DNA of 64,000 bases, taken from contig NC_043007.1 in the NCBI RefSeq assembly GCF_006345805.1, forward strand, positions 68,014,001-68,078,000. The letters are read 5' to 3'. Under the pieces are notes generated by a model that ran no database searches, was not told the DNA's origin, and saw only the letters and a program-made list of their open reading frames with translations. Within the stretch, counting starts at the first letter, position 1. Every line of letters begins with the position of its first letter. Shown here one piece after another: positions 12,879 through 25,701 of the stretch. The stretch is from Octopus sinensis. Lineage: Eukaryota. The position numbers and the translations under genes are program-made.

Positions 12879-13087
12879 GTAACTTGAAGATCCACCCACT
12901 GGGCCACTGCGCCTTCACTCTGTTGCTGTTGCTGCTCTCTCCTGCTTCTGTTGTTGTAGTAATATCGTTTCAAATTTTGGCAGCTCGGCGGAATTTGAAT
13001 TCAGAACATAAAGACGAACATAATGCCGCTAGATATTTTGTCTGACATGGTAACGGCAGCTCACCGTCTTTTTTGTTATTGTAATAT

Positions 13088-13296
13088 CGGTTTCGAATTT
13101 GACACAAGGCCAACAATTTCGTGGGTGGGGGTGTCAGTCAACTACATCGACCTCAGTGCTCAACTGGTGCTTATTTTAGCGACCTCGAAAGAATGAAAGG
13201 CAATGTCGACCTCGGCATAATTTGAATACAGAAAACGGACGAAATGCCGCTACGCATTTGGTCGGCGCGGTGACGATTCTCTCAACTCACCACCTT
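13088..13296 (+). mobile_element. SINE/RTE-tail repeat (family D)
   Basis: ACTACATCGACCTCAGTGCTCAACTGGTGCTTATTTT...GAAAGAATGAAAGGCAATGTCGACCTCGGC. Confidence 0.75.
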
Positions 13297-13779
13297 TGTT
13301 GTTGTAATATCGGTAACAGGATTGTTTAAAATTTTATTTTTACTATTTAGAAGAATCCATCACGATGGCATGATATCTTTAATCCCGTCTCGCAATTCCG
13401 AGAGTTACGTGACTCAAAGTAAAGTAAGTTCATAAAAATCCTACCAATTCTGGTGTACAGCAATATTATAAGGCTCTTATCTTTCTACATATTGATAACC
13501 GTCTCACAGTTATATTTTCATAAAGCATTTTTAAGCAAATTCATCACCTTACAATGTAAAATATGATCAAAATTTGCTAATATCGTAGTCACCTTTTAAT
13601 ATGTCTCATAGAACGGTGAAGTAAACAATTCATTTAGTGAAAGCAGTCGATGAGTGCAGTTTTTTTTTATAAAACGTTCAATGAAGATTTCGTTTCGTAT
13701 TGCACGCTTTATGTTTTCTAAATCATGGACAGAATTGTAGAATTCGACTTCCAGTAAATTCTCCTTCTTCTCACTCATC

Positions 13780-14125
13780 TTCTCATTCTTCTTCTTTTCC
13801 TGTTTTTTACTTAGCCTTCTTCTTCTTCTTCTTCTTCTTCTTCTTCTTCTTCTTCTTCTTCTTCTTCTTCTTCTCTTCTTCTTCTTCTTCATTCTCCTCT
13901 TTCTCCATCTTTTCCTTTTTCATCTTTCCTTTTGTTGTTCTTCTTTTTATCCTCCTCCTCCTCCTCCTCCTCCTCCACATCATCATCATCATCATCTTCT
14001 TCTTTTTCTTCTTCTTCTTCTTCTTCTTCTTCTTTTCTTTCTTCATTTCTTTCCTTACTTCCTCTTCTTGTCCTTCTCCTTCTTCTTCTCTCTCTCTCTC
14101 TTTTTTCCTCTTTCTTCCTCTTCTT
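13780..14125. repeat. (TTC)n/(CCT)n low-complexity tract
   Basis: Directly visible; accounts for the poly-F, poly-S and poly-K ORFs. Confidence 0.95.
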
Positions 14126-14574
14126 AATTTAATTCTATTATTGTTGCAAAAGTCTTGATACACCATTCGGAATAAAGTGAAACTAATAGCTGTTTGCATG
14201 TCCTAATGGATATTCTCTTTGTAACATGTTTTTTACCGTTTTTAAATTATTCTTTAACCACAAGAATTCTAGGAATTCTTCATGTGATATTAATCCAGAT
14301 GAGTGGATATTCTAAACTCCATTTGCTTCTTTAAAATATTTAACAAAACACGCTTACGTCACTTAAACGAAAGGAATTATAAAAAATGTCATGTTTGTTA
14401 CTTGCACGCAGTGCTGCTGCGAAACTGTCACAATTCCTATGAAACAACAGAACAAATTGTACTGTTATATGTAAATTGATATTGACGTCTATGATAAAAT
14501 ACTAATAATCATATGCACGAAAAGGTGGTGCTCCAGCATGACCTTTATCAGAATGGTTAAACCAAGCTAAAGAA

Positions 14575-15005
14575 AAAAATACGATTTAATTGCTTTAATA
14601 TTGTTGTGGTGAACAGTAAAGAAAAAATTTGCATGATAATCGACATAGCATATCCCGGTGACAACAGGATCAAAGAGAAAGAAAAATAATAAGTGAACAA
14701 CTATGACGATTTGAAGTGGGAAATATGCAGGTTGTGGGCAATGAAGATTATAGATGTGACACCAATAGTAATTTGCGCGCTTGCAAGTATCATCACTCAA
14801 CTACTAACATGGCTCAAAAAGATTGGTACACATATAAAGACAGGACACCTAAAAAATCATCATTGCTTGGAACTGCAAAGGTTCTCCGCGGGGTTCTTGA
14901 AGCATGAACAATAAACAAGTATCACCGTAGTTTTCTAGCTGTGGATGGCTGACACTTTCCTTTGCACCCAGCAAAATAGGTAGAGAGTTTTCTTCAAATA
15001 ATAAT
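14575..15005 (+). mobile_element. Old R4/Dong-like (restriction-like endonuclease) LINE 3' fragment
   Basis: ICMIIDIAYPGDNRIKEK..NYDDLKWEICRLWAMK...TPIVICAL...SLLGTAKVLRGVLEA* (stops and frameshift) aligns by eye with the protein at 51174-51779. Confidence 0.8.
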
Positions 15006-15229
15006 GATACTTACAAACTAGTTAAATGTTGTTTATATACGTTCATAAATAGTACATGTAATATTGTGATTGGATGATTATAAGAATTTTTTTCCATCAA
15101 AATAGAAGTATTTTTCAAGATATTTTTCAAGACATGACGTATGTATAATGAGAATAACATTTACAAAAAAAATTAATCCATAGAAGCATACAAAATTTTA
15201 AAGAGGGAATTAAACAAAAATACTTATTC

Positions 15230-16107
15230 ATAGTCATGGCAGTGACAAAACACCAAAACAATTTAACATCAAATGTCTTGGAGTTACTTTAGAACATGTC
15301 ACAAAGTGTTATTATAGATCACTCATGAGGCGGAGGCCAGGGAATAAGTGCATGACTTGAGGCAGCAAGATCAACCCTAAAAATAACTCAATACAATCTG
15401 GAAAGACAGAACTCTTAACAAGAATATCAAATTAAAGCTCTTGAAGACATTAACTTGGTTTAATCGATGTCAAATCTAAAGCCCGAGAGCAAACGATGCT
15501 GCCAAATTCAAATAATTTGAAACAACATGCTATCGAAGTGTAGTGAGGATTGACTGAACTGGCTATTGAACAAACGATTCAATATTAAAGAAAATGGGGA
15601 AAGAAAAAGTTTTTGCAACTGTCAGGGAAAGAAAGCGTCAATATTTTGGACATGTTACCAAGATTCAGTAAATGAAAAATCGAGGAAATGAGAGATCAAG
15701 AAGCTGGTTGGATGTCAACGAAGACCGTCCAGAGAATTGACTTATATTGTTCCTTTTTAGATGAGGTACACTGTATTACTCCAAAGTAAGCGACACTTTT
15801 AAACTCAAAGCATTTGAAACAATAGGATACAGAAGAGTAATGAGGATTATATGGAGTAACCACTGAAAAAGCGAATTCGTACTGAGGAAATGGGATCAGA
15901 AAGAAAACTTTTGGCAATTGTTTGGAAGAGAAAGATGCAGTATTTTGAGCATCTCATCAGGGCCCAGAAGCTTAACACCCACATCTTTGAGAGAAAAGTC
16001 AATGATAAATGAGAAAAAAGGAAACGGAAAATGCTGGCTGGAATCAAAGAATGAACTGGAAGACCTCTGGTTTCACAGATGACTGTGGCCAGAGACAGGA
16101 GTCGATG

Positions 16108-16110
<3 letters not shown>
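15230..16110 (+). mobile_element. Degenerate RTE-clade LINE, RT C-terminal region
   Basis: KLKAFETIGYRRVMRIIW...RKMQYFEHLIRA...RDRSRW, with many stops; ends at (GA)n. Confidence 0.75.
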
Positions 16111-16149
<39 letters not shown>

Positions 16150-17039
16150 ATAGGCCTAACTGAGAATTTGATTCACTACCGTCACCACCAGTGCTATAAT
16201 AGCAACTAAACACGACCAAAATACAATACTTGGAGCAAGTGCGGTGTACAATTTTACGGTTATTTAAGAGGTTGTTTTATTAAATACTTTAAAACCAATT
16301 TATTTTCCTAAATGCGCTTGCTTATGAAAACATCCTAAACAAAAACATGTGTTACTGTTGGAACTATGTTTTGAGAATAACTTTATGAGAACCAATAATA
16401 TAAACATTTAAGGATATGATATTGCGAAAAATTGACAAGAAATATAAGACAACATGGAAGTATAGTGTAGATTACCTGAAATAAAATTAAATTTTAGATA
16501 AAAACAGTCAGTAGTTGAAAGAAAAGTAATAACAGCGGCAGCGACGACGATGATGAGGAAGACTAGGATGACAACGATGTCCATAAGAACAACAACAACA
16601 ATAGTTGTAACAACATTAGCAGCAACAATAATTGAAATAATAATGGATTTAAAAACAAGAAAAATTAACAAATAAACAACAAAGCCAACCAGTAATAGTC
16701 ATTGCAAAGCAGTAGTAGCAGGAACGAAAAACTATGAGCAACAATGTTAACAACAGAAAGAATAATGGACAGAAGAGCAGCGACCAAAAAAAAAAAAGCA
16801 AACAAAAAAGAGTGGTGGGAAAAAATATTTTTCTCTGCTGAATTCGTTGCTTTTAAACGCCACACGAGCGATTTTCTGGAGGGCCCAATATTACCCGTTG
16901 CAGGGCCAAACAAACAGAAAACGCAGTAACAGGTAACGAAAATTCCACACAAAAAACAGTACCAGACGGGTGTAAAGAATGAATATATAGAGATGACATA
17001 TTCAGAGCGTTCGAAAACACGTCCGTCGTACACCGCAGA

Positions 17040-17146
<107 letters not shown>

Positions 17147-17533
17147 GCAAAAATAGCTAACAGAAAATCAGCAGCACAAACAATAACAACTTCAACACCG
17201 TGAACAACAAAAGCAAAAATAACAGCAAAGTTATTGCTTCAAACCAGATTAAGAATAAATCGAAGACGATTTTTGAACTTAAGGGAAGAGGAAAAAAATA
17301 AAAATAAAATGGCGAATTTCAGGAAAAGCAAAAATTGATAAGACCTTTCTGTGCAATATATGAATTATTTTCTCTCCATATGGATAAACTCTCACACGTA
17401 ACAACTCTGTTGGACTCGACAAACTGCAGTAAAAGATAAAAATGAAAATAACAAATATATTTTATGTGGTTGATGTTTTATTAAATAACAAAAGCTAAAA
17501 GTAAATAAAACAAACATGTTACTTTAAAACAAC

Positions 17534-17565
<32 letters not shown>

Positions 17566-17581
17566 TAATAATAATGATAAT

Positions 17582-17693
<112 letters not shown>

Positions 17694-18454
17694 GTAATAA
17701 AAATAATATTAACATCGATAACGACGACGATGACGACTATCATGACGATTATTCGGAGAAGTTACTAAATGTTGACAGAAGTTAGGAAAAGCAGTTAAGT
17801 GAAGTAAAGGAGAAGAAGAACCAATGATGAGGAAGGAGGCGTCTTTAGGTTAGTTTTTTTTAATTATTTTCCTCCCTTCCGTTGCTTGATCATTTTTTAA
17901 ACTGTGAGACTAATAGAGTTAAAATGGTTTTAAAATGGCGTTTGAACTAGCTGAAACGAAATTCACACTAGATGCTAGTTCAGATTTTGAACATTAAATA
18001 CCTGAAATAAAATCATCAGCAAAAAACGTAATTGCTGATGGCACATATGTCAACCGTGACGAATAACCATGAAAATAAAACCCTTATATCTTCACACATC
18101 AATATGAAAAAAACTCTTTGATATGGATATACAAATCCAGTTTGAATGGAATCGCACAAGCCGCAGCATTTGAGAAACGGAAACGGACCGTCAACACGGT
18201 AGGTTTACTGAAATACTCAATTAAAAAATTTCTGCAAAAATTCTTGATACAGTCAACACCTCTAATAAAAGCAACTTTCTCTATACGGTTTAACTCATAA
18301 CACGTGTGTTTGAGAAACTAATCTGCGAAAGCGCTTTCACACATTACGCAAACTTATTTCTAAAAAGTCCGTATCAACCTGTTTCTTAAGATTCTAATAT
18401 ATATATATAAACTTACTTGGAGAAATAAGAAAGTGACGCGAGGCGTTCAATCAA

Positions 18455-18784
18455 ATAATAACAATTTAACAAATAAAACATATGCATACATACATACATA
18501 TATGTACATACCTACATCTATATGTATATATACATGCATATGTATATATATATATGAGTATAGGACACCACAAATAAACGTAGAACACAACGAGAAACGA
18601 AAACATAAAAACAAACAAGGAAACGGACTTTTTTGTTTTTATGTTTTCGTTTCTCGTTGTGTTCTACGTTTATTTGTGGTGTCCTGTACTCATATATATA
18701 TACATATGCATGTATATATACATATAGATGTAGGTATGTACATATATGTATGTATGTATGCATATGTTTTATTTGTTAAATTGT

Positions 18785-18790
<6 letters not shown>
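18455..18790. repeat. Near-perfect inverted repeat, arms about 160 bp (18455-18615 / 18632-18790)
   Basis: By eye the arms differ by one substitution and one TA unit. They contain microsatellite-like DNA plus GAGTA(T/C)AGGACACCACAAATAAACGTAGAACACAACGAGAAACG. Confidence 0.95.
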
Positions 18791-18841
<51 letters not shown>

Positions 18842-18854
18842 TGTATATATATAC

Positions 18855-19052
18855 TCTCTTTTACTCTTTTACTTGTTTCAGTCATTTGACTGCGGCCATG
18901 CTGGAGCACCGCCTTTAGTCGAACAAATCGACACCAGGACTTATTCTTTGTAAGCCTAGTACTTATTCTATCGGTCTGTTTTGCCGGACCGCTAAACACA
19001 CCAGCATCGGTTGTCAAGTGATGTTGGGGGGACAAACACAGATACATAACAT

Positions 19053-19091
<39 letters not shown>

Positions 19092-19253
19092 CGACAGGTT
19101 CTTTCAGTTTCCGTCTACCAAATCCACTCACAAGGCTTTGGTCGGCCCAAGGCTATAGTAGAAGACACTTGCCCAACGTGCCACGCAGTGGGACTGAACC
19201 CGGAACCATGTGGTTGGTAAGCAAGCTACTTACCACACAGCCACTCCTGCACC

Positions 19254-19254
<1 letters not shown>
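18855..19254 (-). mobile_element. tRNA-derived SINE family A, full length
   Basis: Minus strand head AGGTGCAGGAGTGGCTGTGTGGTAAG...GGTTCAGTCCC (A/B-box-like), internal TA/CA microsatellite, A-rich tail. Confidence 0.9.
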
Positions 19255-19307
<53 letters not shown>

Positions 19308-19420
19308 GTGTGTGTGGTGTGTGTGTGTGGTGTGTGTGTGTGTGTTGTGTGTGTGTGTGCATGCGTGTGTGTATGCTCGATTCAGAAACGTATATCGTGA
19401 TGCATTAATAAAGCGTAAAG

Positions 19421-21450
19421 CGGGAGTCAGCAACTTCTTTGCCTTCACAGGTGGGATCAAGTATTAATGATGGATAGCGGACTGGACGATGGCCATAAAA
19501 GAATAATTATGGAAAATTACACATGCTAAAGTTTAATCACGAGTGTTGGCTTTACTTTAAAATAATTTGTATTAACCACAGATGAATGTAGTAATGTAAA
19601 AAACATCATTTATTCAATTTACGACATCGTTGGAATCATTTGTTTAGAAAATCTTAATAATACATAGCAGCCAAAAAATTAATGGGAAACTGTTTTTTGT
19701 TCCTTGAAAGATTCTTAATATCAGCCTTGAAACTTGTTGATGCCAAGAACAAAATAATATCATGATTAGTAGTTAATCTTGTTCTCAATTTATTCTTAGT
19801 TTGCTTCAATTTGGAAAATAATTGCTCACACTGATAAGTGCTTCCAGAAAAAGATTCCATCTTTCTTGCATGATTCACTAAGTTGGTATATTTCCCACTA
19901 AGAAAAATATATTTTGCATAGAAGTGAATCAACGAAACATCTTTAGAATGAAATTTAGATCTCACTAAGTCGTCACACTGCATATCAATCAATTCCATTT
20001 GGAAGCATTCTGGTACTGTCTCCACCTCCACATCAAATGGTGCAACAAACAATTTAAACTGATTTGCATGCAAACGAAAGTCAGCAAAACGAGATGCAAA
20101 TTCATTTCTCAAATCCTGGATTATATTCACAAATACCTCTGAATCCTGCGGTTTCCTTCCTCCAAATGTGCATAGTTTTTATTTCGAAGTTGATGTTCCC
20201 ACAACTGTAGCTTTCTTTTCAAGTGCAACATGGTTATACATTTCATTTACGAGCTGAATTTTACCTTGAAGTTGTAAATTTAAGTTATTTAAATGAGTTC
20301 CAATAAATGCCAAAGTTATAAGTCAATCAAGATATCGAAAATGTGAACTGTCCACATGTTTGCTTTCGAGAAATGTCGCCACCTCTTTGTGTAAGGCAAA
20401 TACTCTTTTTAGCATTGATCCTCGGCTAAGCCAGTGTACATCGGAGAAATAAGCAAGGTTATTTTATTCTGCCTCAGTATCTAGCAAAAACTGTTGAAAT
20501 TGACGATGATTTAATCCACGAGATAGGACCAGATTCACGGCCTTCACAACAATATCCATAACATTCTTAAATTTCAAAAACTTGGCACACAATATCTTTG
20601 GATGGATATTCAAAGAATTTTAACATTTTTATGTGTGATTCCAAGGCTTGCTATATGTTCTTGCAGTAGTGCAACATACCCTTTTTGTTTTTGTCCTTCC
20701 ATCGCCGGGGCAGCAACAGTTGTGATGCCAGTTAGCATGGAAAATCAAACTTCATTTCTAACATGATTTTCAACAAAGCTTCAAAGTTGTCTGCTCCGGT
20801 GACGGTTTCCTTCATAGGAATTAACTGAATAAATTCTTGAAAGATCTGAAAAGTCGAAGTCACTCCTCGCACAAAGACAGCAAGTTGTGCAGTGTCACTT
20901 AAGCTTGTACTCTCTTCGAATGCAATTGAAAAACATTGTAATTCACTACAGGTGTTGATTAATTGATTTTTAATATTTGCTGACATTTCTTCAGCCCGCC
21001 GAGTGACCGTCCTCGGAGACAGACTGATAGTTTCAAATAAAAACTTTTTTTCTGGACAAACAATATGCCAACACTGCCAATAAGCAGTCTTTAAAAAATC
21101 ACCATCTGTAAACGATTCCATCATTTCAACAATGCGCTTTGAGACTTAATAGCTGGCAATTGTATTTGCCACATTTTCGTCTCTTCTGTTTCTAAAAAAT
21201 GACGGTTGTTTTCCAAAACTAGACTTCAACCGCTCAACTTCATCTTTCTTTGCTTGTCCAGTAAATGTCCTAAAATTTTCACAATGGTGCATCTCGTAAT
21301 GTTGCCTAATATTTGCTAACTTATTCGCAGCAATGCTCTCTAGACATGAGACAAATCGGGTTCCCACTGTGCTCAATGAAGAAGTAATCAAGTTTCTAGG
21401 AAATTTTGGCATTCAGCATCTACCTTTCTTCGTTTTGCTTTCATGGTCAT
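19421..21450 (-). mobile_element. hAT transposon fossil (GTF2IRD2/SPIN-like transposase, about 19679-21450)
   Basis: Minus strand MTMKAKRRKVDAEC...ICLMCLESIAANKLANIRQHYEMHH (BED-like)...ISLSPRTVTRR...FSIAFEESTSLSDTAQLAVFVRG...FSGSTYQCEQLFSKLK (hAT dimerisation domain), with multiple stops and frameshifts. One TIR-like end CGGGAGTCAGCAAC at about 19421; the other end was not found. Confidence 0.9.
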
Positions 21451-22337
21451 TGAAACTTTTTCCTAAGAATAAAATTAAAATTAAAATTTCAAATTTTACA
21501 TCTGAATAATTATCAATATAAATATTGAGCAGTGCACCTCCTTACGAACGATAATAATAATTATGATGATGATGATAACAATAGCAACAACGACGATCAC
21601 GATGACTATCGTGGTAATAATTTGGAGAAGTTTACAAAGTGATGACGGAAGCGAGAAAAGCAGGCAAGAATTAGCGGTAAGATGTAAACATTTTTCTACA
21701 AAACCATTACATCATTCTCTCGATAATTAATCATGTCAAGAAATGGCTGTCATAATACTCGCAAACGTTCCTCGTCCAATACTCTACAGATAATGCACAT
21801 TTAAATTAAATGGTAATTGTTAATTATCTTAATTGCTTGAATTATAGAAGATTCCCTTTCCTTGTACCTTCTCTATTTATTTGATAAGATATCCTTTTTA
21901 TTTTTTTATTTTTCATTTTCATATATCCATTTCCTTATATTCCCTCTTTTATTTTCCTTTTCTTTTTCTGTTTGTTTTGCTGCCTTTGCTTTGCTTTGGT
22001 TTAATTTAATTTTGTTTTGGGTTTATCTTCATCATTTGACACTTGTGATATTTACTCCACCACCCTATTTAAGAATCACATCCTTCCAATTGCAGCTGCA
22101 CATTTGCCTCATCTTCTTTACTCTGCCGTCCTTACTCTATCTATCACTCATATATATAAACAAGTGGGGTTTCAGAAGGGATATTAATCCAGGTGAAATT
22201 CATTTTAAGCTTACTGCAGATAAATATACATCAGGCTAACAAAAAGGTTTCGACTTCGGCTTTCGACTTCAGATTACATGGAGTACAATATTGATCACAA
22301 AACCTTTTTGGTAGCCTGATGTATTTTTCCTTCCATC

Positions 22338-22455
22338 ACTTTGCCTTCCAGCATTTCGGGGTCGATAAAATAAGTATCAGTAGAGCGCTGGGGGTCGATG
22401 TAATCGACTTAACCCTCCCCCGAAATTGCTGGCCTTGCGCCAAAATTTGAAACCG
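22338..22455 (-). mobile_element. SINE/RTE-tail repeat (family D), partial
   Basis: GGGGTCGATAAAATAAGTA...GGGGTCGATGTAATCGACTT is the reverse complement of the family core. Confidence 0.75.
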
Positions 22456-22472
22456 TTATTATTATTATTATT

Positions 22473-22539
22473 GAGTGAGAGAGCAGTTCATGCCATCAAA
22501 GTGACACTGGGGTAAAATATACGAAGCCCAATATACCCA

Positions 22540-22543
<4 letters not shown>
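22473..22543 (-). mobile_element. 3'-terminal 70 bp of the (AAT)n-anchored element at 51961-52517
   Basis: GAGTGAGAGAGCAGTTCATGCCATCAAAGTGACACTGGGGTAAAATATACGAAGCCC is the reverse complement of that element's end; embedded in (ATT)n. Confidence 0.85.
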
Positions 22544-22621
<78 letters not shown>

Positions 22622-22938
22622 CATAATATAATAATAATAATAATAATATAATAATAATAATAATATAATAATAATAATAATAATAATAATGATAATAATA
22701 ATAATAATAATAATAATAATTATTATTATTATTATTATTATTTTATTATTATTATTATTATTATTATAATATATATATATATATATGTAACAATTGCAGC
22801 GTGGAAAGAGAATGTTTAAATGAAACTAACGGTTTCTTTTCTGCGCTTTTAAATGGCTTATAAACACCTTCCACGCAGCAATTGGTTTTGATTTAGCACA
22901 CGGACTCAGATCAAGTCACTTGCTATGCAAGCACATCT

Positions 22939-22984
<46 letters not shown>

Positions 22985-23692
22985 TTGTATACATGTATGT
23001 ATACACCTTCCCCACACGCATATCGTTCTTTGAGGTATGAAAATCTAATAAAATGTTGCTCTAAACAGTCTGGATTTTAAATTTTAAAGCACAATATTGG
23101 ATCTTCCAAAGTTTACGACAGACATTTCGGTTTTGATTATAAAATAATTCGATTTATTTTACGTCACATGAATTGTTGCGTTATGTTAACTGCAAGACTA
23201 TATAGACAAGTATATTGCTAGCAGTTTCTTGGGGGGGGGGCCTCAAAGTAGGCAACATATTTATGATATATGTATGAATAAATATCTACTAGAAACTTAA
23301 TTACGACCAGTATATTTACGTTAATATGCAGAGGTCGACAGATAGTTAGTCATCTACGTGTGTCCCCGAGTTTAATGTTCATGATACATATGTCTGAATA
23401 CGTTCAGGAAAAAAAATCAATAAAAATGATAGCGATATAGAAAAATGTATTATAACTGAAAAACCAATGCAGTTTTAGTAGAATTGGCGTGTTATCTTCT
23501 GCATAGATTAAAATAGTTTCGACTTGAAAACATGACCAGATATACTTAATGTATAATATTTTTATATACAATAGCATATATGTACTGGAATACACATGTA
23601 GAAATATGCGAGTAAAACGGGCCAATGTGAATATATCCATTACATACACCCTCTAACATGGTCGCGTGCACGCATACACACACATACATAGA

Positions 23693-23729
<37 letters not shown>

Positions 23730-23820
23730 GTGTGTGTATATATATATCTATATACATATATATATATGTATATATACATAAATATATATATATATGTATA
23801 TATATATATTATATATATAT

Positions 23821-23882
<62 letters not shown>

Positions 23883-24194
23883 ATATATATATATATTATA
23901 TATATATATATACAGAAATATATATGTGTTTATTTATAACGTGTATATATATATTGTTACATTCATAAATATATTATATCAATAGACATATATATATACA
24001 TACATATACACCCGTACACAGAAAAGTATATACACAACCATTTACGTAGGAGAGTGTGTGAAACTTTGGTAATGTTATGTGTGTGTGTTTATGTGTGTGT
24101 TTGCTTGTTTGTTTGTGTGTGTGCGTGTGTGTCTTTATGTGCGTGTGTGTGTGTGGGGGGGGGGACTGTATTCGTACATGTATATATGCATGTA

Positions 24195-24602
24195 TGGGGG
24201 TGGGCTGCAAAGTTCATAGACTGACTATGAAGGAGTGATGCTAGAGATGTGAAATCTTACATGTAGTAATTTCACCACCTCTTATCAGTACGTGCATTCT
24301 TTCTTCCCAAGTAGACATCTGTTTGTCCAAAGAAGACTTCAAAAGTAACTAGTAGCAACTTCTCTGGTTGACCACCTTCCCTATTCTCTTGATTTTGCCC
24401 CATCTGGCTATTATCTTGCCTTGATGTCATATCTAACTGATGTCATATCTACTGTTGCGCGACGAGAGAAAAGCATATTCACTAATGGGATCCAAGGACT
24501 GCGACAGCAATTGCAAAAGTGCGTGTAATACAAGGTGTATACTGAAAAAAATAAACCCCAATTGGTGACAGACCATAAGAGTGTCTTGGTTAGCCGACAC
24601 TC
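24195..24602 (+). mobile_element. Internally deleted mariner remnant
   Basis: TIR-like GGGTGGGCTGCAAAGTTCATAGACTGAC; residual DHLPYSLDFAPSGYYL (YSPDLAPSD-like) and QLQKCV. Confidence 0.65.
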
Positions 24603-24619
24603 ATATGCATATATATATA

Positions 24620-24690
<71 letters not shown>

Positions 24691-24692
<2 letters not shown>

Positions 24693-25258
24693 TGAGGGTA
24701 CTACTATTCGTAGATACCACACGCTAAGAGGGACCAATGCAGTCAAAACTACTAAAAATAAACAAAATTTTACCGAATGCAAAACTTCAAAACACATCAT
24801 TTTAAAAAAGAATTCAGTTACATATCACATGTGATTTCGCATTTAATGCAGAATATGCATTTCATGTTCGTCAGTGCAACAAACTCAAGAAATATAAGAA
24901 AAAACATAACATTACAAACTCGATAGCCAACCGTAGAATTCGTCGTAGCATGTACGAATGTTTATCCTTACATATCTATGAAAATGGCGGGCTTTTTCGC
25001 AATGCATTTCGGTAACAATCTATCTAGTCGGAATAAAAATTCAGTATTGAACTATTCCGGTGAAAAATATAAATTAACAATTGAGGATAAAATCTTTAAA
25101 AGAAATTATCAGTAGTCAGCGTGAAAAACCTCGTAAGAGAAAAAATCAAAAATTCTTCCTCTTTGAAAATATTCATTTATATTATATTGAGGGTACTACT
25201 ATTCGTAGATACCACACGCTAAGAGGGACCAATGCGGTCAAAACTACTAAAAATAAAC
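24691..25258. repeat. Unclassified 568-bp element bounded by 73-bp direct repeats
   Basis: 24691-24763 and 25186-25258 are identical except for one A/G. Both outer flanks are (TA)n. Confidence 0.85.
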
Positions 25259-25277
25259 GTTAATTTATATATATATA

Positions 25278-25350
<73 letters not shown>

Positions 25351-25570
25351 GGAAGTGAGTGTAATTCGGCAGGAGGACTTAAACAACATGCAAAGGTACA
25401 TGAAGCCCAGTTACAACTACAGCCGGCTATTACCGCTAAAGGTTTTAGTTGCCAATTCTGTACAAGACATTGTAGATCTTTAGCTGGGCTAAAAAGTCAC
25501 ATTCGATCACAGCACCAGTAACAGTTAAGCTTCGTGCAATGACCATACTCGATAACGAGGGGGCAGCCGT
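25351..25570 (+). mobile_element. RTE/RTEX-like LINE 3' end encoding C2H2 zinc fingers
   Basis: 25351-25521 reads GSECNSAGGLKQHAKVHE...FSCQFCTRHCRSLAGLKSHIRSQHQ*, followed by a short 3' UTR ending GAGGGGCAGCCGTCAT-AATAAT. 5'-truncated at (TA)n. Confidence 0.65.
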
Positions 25571-25611
25571 CATAATAATATATATATATACACAAACATA
25601 TACACACACAC

Positions 25612-25657
<46 letters not shown>

Positions 25658-25701
25658 ATATGAGCAATTATGGAGTGAATTTTCGGGTTTTAACATGCCC
25701 C

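Noticed and set aside
21862-22239. Hydrophobic ORF with possible exon 22095-22191 (AG...CAG|GT)
   Set aside because: The T-rich composition explains the hydrophobicity; no recognisable domain.
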